Program-made: the position numbers and the translations under genes
The notes under the pieces: model-generated
The model's database searches: none
Seen by the model: the letters and a program-made list of their open reading frames with translations, nothing else
Told to the model about the DNA's origin: nothing
In this document: piece by piece, positions 54,575-64,000 of the stretch
Numbering within the stretch: the stretch's first letter is position 1
How the letters are laid out: every line of letters begins with the position of its first letter
DNA from: Octopus vulgaris
Lineage: Eukaryota
DNA: 64,000 bases
Assembly (NCBI GenBank): GCA_951406725.2
Contig: OX597837.1
Coordinates: 13,392,001-13,456,000 of the forward strand
Direction of reading: 5' to 3'

Positions 54575-56290
54575 AATGACAACACCTCTGTAGCAAATGC
54601 TTCGGCAGAGATGTAAATAAACTAAATATATATTCTCCTGTGCTGTATATTCAACGACAGTATACGCAAGACACTGATACGTTACGCAAATCGAGCAGAC
54701 ATTCGAAACAAGTAAAACTTGAAGGCGAATAAGGCAAAATTAGGACAAGGCGAAAAACAACAAAAAGCAGGCGAAACGACTAGCTTTGCTGAAATGTTAA
54801 TGGAAAAAAATGTACTTTTACCAGATAAATTCAAACTGATATATTACAAACTATCAGCCTTAGTTTCCTATTTGTCAACAACAAATACAAACAGCGAGCA
54901 TCAATTTATTTCTATGCTGCATAATGATTTATACGGAGTTTTATGAAACTACCATAGTACAGTTATGTTAATCTGTAAAGGCACTACAAAAGTAAGACTG
55001 GGCAAGACGGAACGAAACTTAATTTTTATATCTCTGTTTTTTTCGTTTTTGCTGCAGCATACCTACACAAGTGTGCCCCCTTCCTCACGATATTGTTTCT
55101 CCCATAACTTTTAGAAAAGTGAATGGATTTTAATGAAATTTTCAACAGATATCTTACAGATGGTGCATATTACGATTATATCAGAATTTAAAGGGAAAAA
55201 GAATGCTGGGCGCACACACACAAACATGCTAACACATCACATCTATCTTCAAAATAAAATTTGAAAAAAGTATGTGGTGCGTGTGAACACTGTACGTACG
55301 TACGCCCATCCTTATTTTTATTAATTTTTTTTTTTTTACACATTAAACTCCAATATAATTGGTATCAACACTGTCTGAAAGATATCTGTAGAAAATCTCA
55401 TTTAAAAATATCAATTTCTCTGAAAGTTATAAAGAAACAAAGTCGTGGAAAGCACACTTGTTTCGTATGTCGCTTTTTCTATGGTTTATGCGAGAGCGTT
55501 CTTACGATCTAGGTTTCCATTGCAGTTATTTCGGTAAAGTTCATTAATGCTTCGGGGAAGGGATGATTTCCAAATACATTATGTTCCCTACATCCCTGCT
55601 AATGCTATGAGGATAGCATTTAATTGATAATTTTAATACAGAACGGTTGAGCCATTGTTTTGTTACACTAGTAATTCAAATAAAATTATTAAGTTTTATT
55701 AACTCTGAAAGGCACAAAAAGAAAATGACTCTCCCCAGACACAACAGAATATGCTTCAACACACGAACTCACATAAAGAATCTTGCAAACCAAATCCAAA
55801 AACGAAATATTATTACTAGAATGTACGGATTTCCTTTTTAAATATGCAAGATAAAACAAAAAAATAATAAAGAAACTATAGAACAAAAAATTTAGTTTAA
55901 AAATCGAATTTTAAAAAAGAAATTTTCACCTGGTGTCTGAATGGAACAGAAGTTTGGTTGGGTTCTTGTTTCACAACTGCTTCAAGCTACAAAGAGAAAA
56001 AATTTGAACAAAAATTCATTTGAACAATAGGAGATCAGCATTTAGTAAGAATATAATATAAAATATTGATTTCAAAATTTTGGCACAAGGCCAGCAATTT
56101 CCGGGGATTACATCGACCTTAGTTCTCAACTGGTATTTATTTTATCGATCCTGAAGGATGAAAGGCAAAGTGGAACTCAGAATGTAAAATCGGAAGGAAT
56201 GCTGCTAAGAATTTTGTCCGGCGCGGTAACGGTTCTGCCAGCTCGCCGACTTGAAGTACAATATGAAATATTGATTTTGAGGTAGAGATA

Positions 56291-57805
56291 TAGGTTGAAA
56301 TCCCTTATCCGAAATTCCTAAAGATTTCGGAATATTTTTATACTTGCATCCATGAAATAGGACACCTTGGGGGATGGGACCCAAGTCTAAACACAATATC
56401 CACTTACATCTTATATTATATATATATTTTTTTATCCTTTTGCTTGTTTCAGTCATATGACTGCAACCAGGACTTTTTTTTTCAAACTCTAGTACTTATT
56501 CTATTGCTCTCCTTTGCCGAATTGCTAGGTTACGAGGATGTAAACACACCAGCACCGGTTGTCAAGCGGTGGTAGGGGACAAATACAAACACAATGACGT
56601 GCACACACACACATATATATATATACACACACACACAATGAGCCTCTTTCAGTTTCCGTCTACCAAGTCCTCTCACAAGGCTTTGGTCGGCCCGAAGCTA
56701 TAGTAGAAGGTACTAGCCAAAGGTACCGCGCAGTGGGACTGAACCCGGAACCATGTGGTTGGGAAGTAGGCTTCTTACCACACCCCCACGCTTAACACTA
56801 GAACAGTAAGATATCCGTTTCGATGTCATGTTTTGATTAAAAGATTACACTACATGTACGCCATTTGTATTTCATTCTTTGCTCTACGGATATTGGGTTT
56901 AATGTAAGATATAAACATTTTTAAAAAGCCAAAGCATTGAACATGATTACAGGTAAATAAAATGAAAACTGAAAAAGTCAACATAGCATTTTAAAAAAAA
57001 GCAATGTACAAATAACGATGTTAGTCATGTTATACTTATACACGGATGTGAAATTCGGGTCTAAAATAAGAATCACATTTTGGGCTTACTGTTTTTAAAG
57101 ATTTAATGCCGTGCCTTTTCCTAAATTTTTGCAACCAGTCTGCAGAATATTCACAGCTACCCCCAATTTTCAGTTTGTTATGATAGATTTTTGCCTGTTT
57201 CGTGATCAGCAATGCATTAAGCGGGATGTGTTTACTCTGGCACTGACGAATCCATTCCATTAGAACACGATCGTGATTTTCAGTTTTCGCTCTATGTAAT
57301 TTTTTCCTGTACTTCATCAAGCTTTGATCATCGCTTTCTTCATAGAACTGTCTTTTCAGGTCGTAGACAGTCGTTGTTCCGACACCAAACTCCTCCGCCA
57401 GTTGCTTCACACTTACACCGCTCTCAAGTTTTTTCAACAACTTAACTTTCTGCATTATAGTTAGACATAGATGTTTTCTCTTTTCACGATTACCCATGTG
57501 GGTATTTCCAGGCCTTTTCGACATTTCCGACATCTTCTTCTCGTCACAGGGCACAAAACAGGCGGCAATCACAAGTAACGAGCGAAGGTGTCACTCTGAT
57601 GGCTGCTAACAAACTTCCAACTGAACTTTGGACGATAAAACTGCACCCAGGGTAGGTGAGGTCACATACGATAACGGCACACAACATCTGCACTTGGTGG
57701 AACTTTCCTAGCACTTTGTAGAATATTCTATTTGAGGTATGTCATGTTAGAATCCACAAAAAAACTTTCGGATTTGGGAATTTCGGATAAAGGATTTTCA
57801 GCATG
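56291..57805 (-). mobile_element. Internally deleted Tigger/pogo (Tigger4/Zombi, Jerky-like) DNA transposon carrying V4; SINE nested at ~56430-56790
   Basis: TA|TAGGTTGAAATCCCTTATCCGAAATTCC at 56291 and its inverse GGAATTTCGGATAAAGGATTTTCAGCATG|TA ending at 57805. Internal GGGGATGGGACCCAAGTCTAAACAC resembles Tigger4-type subterminal sequence (from memory). DDE region absent. Confidence 0.75.
57090..57533 (-). CDS. Variable first exon V4: CENP-B N-terminal HTH (psq-type) + HTH_Tnp_Tc5, Jerky/TIGD-like
   Basis: ATG at 57533 (second ATG 57524), 148 codons to TTA AAA ACA|gtaagc. KRKHLCLTIMQKVKLLKKLESGVSVKQLAEEFGVGTTTVYDLK...SADWLQKFRKRHGIK. The donor falls right after the second HTH. Confidence 0.8.
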
Positions 57806-59354
57806 TATAGTCGATTAAATTGACCCCAGTAGTATGTAGTAGAATTTCAACGTCCACGATGCTTTCGCCGTGGGAGGTAGACAGTAATACCTTTATTTCT
57901 TGGATACTACAATAAATCAAACGAAATGTGTTGACATACAAGTTGTCTTGGTCTGTGATATAAATTACATTGTTAGAGAAGGGCTTCTAGAACTGAGTGC
58001 CCATAGTAACATCAACCATACAGTTACTAAGGCAGGTAAAGATGTGTGGAGATGTGAACTGTAATATATTCCACATCTCTATATTTCAGCCGCCTAAAAT
58101 CTTCAACGTCACTTTCCAAGTTTTTCTCACGAACACAACTTCGGCAAGTTTTCACTTATTATAGAAGAAATACAAGTAAAGTTTGCTATTTTATTTGAAG
58201 GTATTTTTTTAAAATGCAGTAAAAACTATCATCGCATCTCTTTCGATTAACTCCTCATTAACTCTCAGTCCAAGACAAAATAAAAGCTTGAAGGGTAACA
58301 CAGGAGATTTTACTCTGAAATATATTTTAGCCGAGATGTGTGCCTTGCCGATGGAAGTTTGGGGCGAATAACGAACCATGTTAGAAAGAGAACATCTCAA
58401 ATTTTTATCATTCCCCCCCCCCCTTTTTTACTAATTAAGACTATGAGTTTTATTTCACCCCAATTATCATAGCATAACTGAAGTGAAATACCTTTCTTAC
58501 AATGCTATAACCATGCAGCATTATAATTCGAATTATGTACATAACAATTTTATAACAGTCCCCAAAACTACCACAATATTAAATAATACCCTTTATCAAT
58601 ACTTTAAATTTCAGCAGGCAACCATCCACCCTCTGCCATATAGACAATTTTTTTGTGTGTATTGTTACAATACCCGCGTTCAACAGTGTTAAATAAAGTT
58701 AGTTTTACATTCGTTTAGCGTTGCAATGTCAGAATTAGATTAAAATCTATGTGCAATGGTGTTAAATATATATATAAAAAAAGACAATTACAGTTGTTTG
58801 TTATTGTGATGCCCCTTACCAGATTAGAACCCACGATCAATGATGTTAAAGTTAAGATGCATCCGTTTATATTTACAGTACCCCTATATATATACACACA
58901 CAATGGGCTTCTTTCAGTTTCCGTCTACCAAGTCCTCTCACAAGGCTTTGGTCGGCCCGAAGCTATAGTATAAGGTACTAGCCAAAGGTACCGCGCAGTG
59001 GGATTGAACCCGGAACCATGTGGTTGGGAAGTAGGCTTCTTACCACACCCCCACGCTTAACATTAGAACAGTAAGATATCCGTTTCGATGTCATGTTTTG
59101 ATTAAAAGATAACACTACATGTACGCCATTTGTATTTCATTCTTTGCTCTACGGATATTGGGTTTAATGTAAGATATAAACATTTTTAAAAAGCCAAAGC
59201 ATTGAACATGATTACAGGTAAATAAAATGAAAACTGAAAAAGTCAACATAGCATTTTAAAAAAAAGCAATGTACAAATAACGATGTTAGTCATGTTATAC
59301 TTATACACGGATGTGAAATTCGGGTCTAAAATAAGAATCACATTTTGGGCTTAC

Positions 59355-59813
59355 TGTTTTCAAAGATTTAATGCCGTGCCTTTTCCTAAATTTTTGCAAC
59401 CAGCCTGCAGAATATTCACAGCTACCCCTAATTTTCAGTTTGTTATGATAGATTTTTGCCTGTTTCGTGATCAGCAATGCATTAAGCGGGATGTGTTTAC
59501 TCTGGCACTGACGAATCCATTCCATTAGAACACGATCGTGATCTTCATTTTTCGTTCTATGTAATTTTTTCCTGTACTTCATCAAGCTTTGGTCATCGCT
59601 TTCTTCATAGAACTTCAACAGTTTGTCCTTTTGTTTCTTCAGGTCGTAGACAGTCGTTGTTCCCACACCAAACTCCTCGGTCAATTGCTTCACACTTACA
59701 CCGCTCTCAAGTTTTTTCAACAACTTAACTTTCTGCGTTATAGTTAGACATAGATGTTTTCTCTTTTTCCTTTCACGATTACCCATGTGGGTATTTCCAG
59801 GCCTTTTCGGCAT
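59355..59813 (-). CDS. Variable first exon V5: paralogue of V4 (CENP-B/Jerky-like double HTH)
   Basis: gaaATG at 59813, 153 codons to TTG AAA ACA|gtaagc. Same domain as V4, with intact KKQKDKLLKFY and SAGWLQKFRKRHGIK. Confidence 0.82.
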
Positions 59814-62289
59814 TTCCGACAATATCTTCTTCACGTCACAGGGCACAAAACAGGCGGCAATCACAAGTAACGAGCGAAGGTGTCACTGTGATGGCTGCTA
59901 ACAAACTGCCGTCAAACGGGCAACTGATGACGGGAAAACTACGCCCGAGGTAAGTGATGTCACGTGCCATAACGGCACACAACATCTGCACTTGGTGGAA
60001 TTTTCCTAGCACTCTGTAGAATATTCTATTTGAGGTATGTCTTGTTAACATTCACACAAAAAACTTTCGGATTTGGGGTGTTTTCGGATTTGGGAATTTC
60101 GGATAAAGGATTTTCAGCATGTATAGTCGATTAAATCGACCCCAGTAGTATGTGACTGATACTCCCTAATCAAGGAAGATGAAAAGTAAAGGCACTTTCG
60201 GTAGAATATAAATTTTTAAAGATACTTTTACTACAGCAATGTACTTCCGTCCGCCACTCTACCAATCCAAAAGTTAGGATTATTTCAGGTTGTTGGTAGA
60301 ATGAAAAACAGAGTTTTTTCAAGAAAATGCAGTTTTATGAAAATGTTTGGCCCGAGGTTTGGAAAGTGAAAAAAAAAAATCGTGAACACTCGAGGTCGCT
60401 ACAACAGCTAAATTTCCCGTTACTGAGGATCTCTCTTAATAATCCCACATACTTAATACACCAAAGACTACAGAACAAAAAATATCCTTTCCCTTTAGGG
60501 CCCGAAAATACTCGAGTCCCCAACAACTAACTTTCTACGAGGCCCGTGTGAGATCCAGAATGAAGTACCGCATTAAAAAAAAAAAGGCCACTCGACAAAA
60601 CCTGATATGAATTCGCTCATCATCTCTCCAAACTTCGGTGTCAAAGCATGTTGCCTCCTCTCAGTCATTTCTACTATTAGAGAGGCTTCTGCTTCTTTGA
60701 ATAAGTTGGTTTTGTGTCACTTCTACTCCAACACCATAGATTCGTCCATTCTCCCTCACGCCACCGCAGGCCAGTACGATCTTAGGAGCATTTATCGGGC
60801 CCGGGAAAATCAATGCACAGCTGTGAGCACTGAGTGACAGCATACAAGCGAGGTTTAAACTATTGGGGGATCGTAATAAATCTAGATAACCACAAATTCA
60901 ATAATTTTATCAAACGCAAACAACTCATGAGACCTATACTTCAAAATGTTTCAGTATATACACGGTATTTTGTCCGCCGTTATATTCTAAGTTCAAATTC
61001 TGCCGATGTCGACTTTGCCTTTCATCGTTTCGGGGTCGATAAATTTAGTACCAGTTACGCACAAGGGTCGATGTAATCGACTTAATCCCTTTGTATGCCC
61101 TTATTTGTCCCCTCTATGTTTAGCTCCCTGTGGGCAATAAAGAAATATATATATATATACACTTAACCTATTCGAATATATTCGGGATATTCGATTTAAA
61201 TCCTAAACCAACGTCACCTCCATCTTCTCAAAAGACTGCAGACTCAGGAAACTCTCTCTCCTCCCTTTCTATGTTCCTACAATGCATTAACCTCCCAAAT
61301 TTCAACGTCCACGATGCTTTCGCCGTGGGAGGTAGACAGTAATACCTTTATTTCTTGGATACTACAATAAATCAAACGAAATGTGTTGACATACAAGTTG
61401 TCTTGGTCTGTGATATAAATTACATTGTTAGAGAAGGGCTTCTAGAACTGAGTGCCCATAGTAACATCAACCATACAGTTACTAAGGCAGGTAAAGATGT
61501 GTGGAGATGTGAACTGTAATATATTCCACATCTCTATATTTCAGCCGCCTAAAATCTTCAATGTGACTTTCCAAGTTTTTCTTCGGCAAGTTTTCACTTA
61601 TTATAGAAGAAATACAAGTAAAGTTTGCTATTTTATTTGAAGGTATTTTTTTAAAATGCAATAAAAACTATCATCGTATCTCTTTACATTAACAGTCTCA
61701 GGCCAAGACAAAATAAAAGCTTGAAATAAAAGATTTTACTCTGAAATATATTTTAGCCGAGATGTGTGCCTTGCCGATGGAAGTTTGGGGCGAATAACGA
61801 ACCATGTTAGAAAGAGAACATCTCAAATTTTTATAACTTTTTCCTTTTTACTAATTAACACCATGACTTTTATTTCACAACATAGCATAACTTAAGTGAA
61901 ATACCTTTCTTACAATGCTATAACCATGCAGCATTATAATTCGAATTATGTACATAACAATTTTATAACAGTCCCCAAAACTACCACAATATTAAATAAT
62001 ACCCTTTATCAATACTTTAAATTTCAGCAGGCAACCATCTACCCTCTGCCATATAGACAATTTTTTTGTGTGTATTGTTACAATACCCGCGTTCAACAGT
62101 GTTAAATAAAGTTAGTTTTACATTCGTTTAGCGTTGCAATGTCAGAATTATGTTAGAATCTATGTGCAATGGTGTTAAATATATATATAAAAAAAGACAA
62201 TTACAGTTGTTTGTTATTGTGATGCCCCTTACCAGATTAGAACCCTCGATCAATGATGTGAAAGTTAGATGCACCCGTTTATATCTACA

Positions 62290-62646
62290 GTACCCCTATT
62301 CGTGTTAATCCATGTTTAATAGCGTTAAATAAGTTATATATATATTTGTTTAATGTTAGACTGACCCCAGTCGGATTAGAACCGACGTTTAATGGTGTTA
62401 AAATTTTTTTTAAATGTAATATACATTTGGTTATCGTTACAGTGTACCCCATTCGGGGTGGACCCCACGTTTAATAGCGTTAAATAAATAAAGTTATATA
62501 TATTTATTTAACGTTACACTGACCCCAGCCGGATTAGAACCGACGTTTAATGGTGTTAAATTTTTTTTTTAATGTAATATACATCTGGTTATCGGTGCAA
62601 TGTGCCCCATTCGGGGTGGGCCCCGCGTTTAATGGTGTTAAATAAA
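62290..62646. repeat. ~157-bp tandem repeat (about 2.3 units) built from GGATTAGAACC / CCCCATTCGGGG subunits
   Basis: Units start near 62290, 62444 and 62602; related degenerate subunits at 62140-62270. Confidence 0.75.
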
Positions 62647-62693
62647 GAGCAGAACAGAAAGAGAGTCCAGGGGAGACAAATATATAAACTTAC

Positions 62694-63278
62694 ATTTTCC
62701 ATCACCAAGTCCTCACTTTTCAATATCCTCAACATAAACAAATCCGACTGCGACTGGTCATTCTTGTCGTTCCATCGACCCGTCGCCGGATTTGCTGACT
62801 TCACTGGACTCTTGTTGAATCTGGCCTTACTACAATGGTTCTTGTAATTTCCATGTCTGCGACTACTGCACCTCGGACACAGAGAAATATAGATTTTTAT
62901 GGCTTCGGCCGTCACATTGGCATATAATTGACGGGTGATGTTCTGCATTCTGTTGATACCAGCATGGGAATGAGTTAAGTGAACAGCTTTCAGGGCTCGG
63001 AATAAATCCTCGTCGGCGATGTAAGGACGAACGGATTCCGAGTCTCTTCGTCTTCTTCTCTTAATTAGTTTGGTTCCTTGATCATTGGTGACCAAATCAA
63101 AACGGCGAGTTACATTGTATTCTTCCCCAGTCCAAGCGGTTTTCTTGTCCCAAGCCCCTTTCAAAATGAGCAGGTATTTGTTGTATTGTTCCTTTGTCAT
63201 GCTAACTACATTTTTACCTATTTTCTCATTTTTCTTCACTCTCCACGTTCTCAAGAATTCTTCTTCGGACGTCAACAT
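62694..63278 (-). CDS. Variable first exon V6: Ginger/KRBA2/SCAND3-like N-terminal region with integrase H2C2 zinc-binding motif
   Basis: atcATG at 63278, 195 codons to ATG GAA AAT|gtaagt. YIADEDLFRALKAVHLTHSHAGINRMQNITRQLYANVTAEAIKIYISLCPRC has the H-x4-H...C-x2-C pattern of KRBA2-like integrases. The rve catalytic core is absent. Confidence 0.8.
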
Positions 63279-64000
63279 GATGAGACAAGTTGTATTTACC
63301 TCATGTGTTTTTTCCTTACCCCTGGGCCGTTATCAAACGAGCAGGTTGGTGTTGGTCAGTTAGTTTCAAGTTGAGATACACGGACCAAATTTGATGTTTA
63401 TTTTATACACTATTTCCATGTACACTCCTTTCGGACGTGAGCTATTTATTATTTAAATTCAATTTTCTTTTTTAAATCCCCTTCCCGTGTTAGAAAAATA
63501 GACGAGGTATAAATACCGAATTAATCTTGTTCCACTGGTTTCAGATGTCTATATAAAGTGGTGATATTTGAAGATATTATTGATCGTAATATGCCTATTT
63601 TTAACAAAAATCCCATCTATGAAGAGATATATTTATATGTGTTATCCGGATGGTTAACTCGCGATCCAAATATATCAGACTTATCCACAGATGTAATTTG
63701 CTATCCAGGGAAAAGATGTTAAAAAGAGATCTACAAAGAAAAATGTCCAGAGTGAAAAAATAGGCAAAAATATGCCAGTTGGGCGGGAAATAAAGTTTTA
63801 TCAGTTGATATAAATGGATTAGATTAAATAAATTGGAAACTATATCATAACGAAAAACATAGAATTCATTGCGATAATAAGGCAAATGTTGGATCGTAGA
63901 GCGAGTGGTATATTACAAATCATATATAGTTTATGCAGTCTCAAAATAGATAAATGCACGATGCTTAAAAATGACAAAGACGTAAAACGAACAGCTTTAA

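Larger units (their letters stand above)
56620..62297. repeat. Tandem segmental duplication: unit 1 ~56620-58887, unit 2 ~58888-62297 (unit 1 lacks ~60153-61297)
   Basis: 56620-57836 aligns by eye with 58888-60152, and 57843-58887 with 61298-62297. Unit 2 has only one Tigger TIR. Confidence 0.9.

Noticed and set aside
60540-60845. GC-richer unique segment between V5 and V6 considered as another variable exon
   Set aside because: Minus-strand frames are short, with no recognisable domain or consensus donor.
39157-63278. Reading the six DBD ORFs as mod(mdg4)-style variable 3' (trans-spliced or terminal) exons
   Set aside because: They begin with ATG and mostly lack convincing polypyrimidine acceptors, all carry phase-0 donors after which coding character collapses, and the BTB constant region ends in its own stop. 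First-exon use fits better, though only RNA data can exclude the alternative.
39157-63278. Reading the six ORFs as unrelated autonomous transposons
   Set aside because: None has a catalytic domain, all share strand and donor phase, and their frames are intact while other transposon relics in the window (Merlin, mariner, RTE, Penelope) are full of stops and frameshifts.

Overview
AT-rich, repeat-dense animal genomic DNA. The SINE/RTE/MITE landscape and long (TA)n/(TACA)n tracts suggest an octopus-type cephalopod (inference). Two convergent genes are present. (1) On the + strand, TBC1D25/OATL1 (Rab-GAP): four coding exons from 7283 to 17992; I could not find the first coding exon. (2) On the - strand, a BTB/POZ gene with an unusual 'variable first exon + constant region' layout. 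Three constant exons (30385-30240, 29033-28883, 28012-27080) splice in frame into a ~409-aa BTB protein that has no DNA-binding domain of its own. Upstream on the same strand are six separate ATG-initiated ORFs, each encoding a transposon-type, non-catalytic DNA-binding module: a Crypton/DUF3504 tyrosine-recombinase fold, two FLYWCH, two Jerky/Tigger CENP-B HTH, and one Ginger/KRBA2-like integrase H2C2 zinc finger. Each has a consensus GT donor in phase 0, matching the phase-0 acceptor of the first constant exon. This reads as a protocadherin/UGT1A-style cassette locus making a family of [transposon DBD]-BTB transcription factors, the mirror image of insect mod(mdg4)/lola. The array may continue beyond the window. 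The splicing model is inferred from sequence only and needs RNA evidence.
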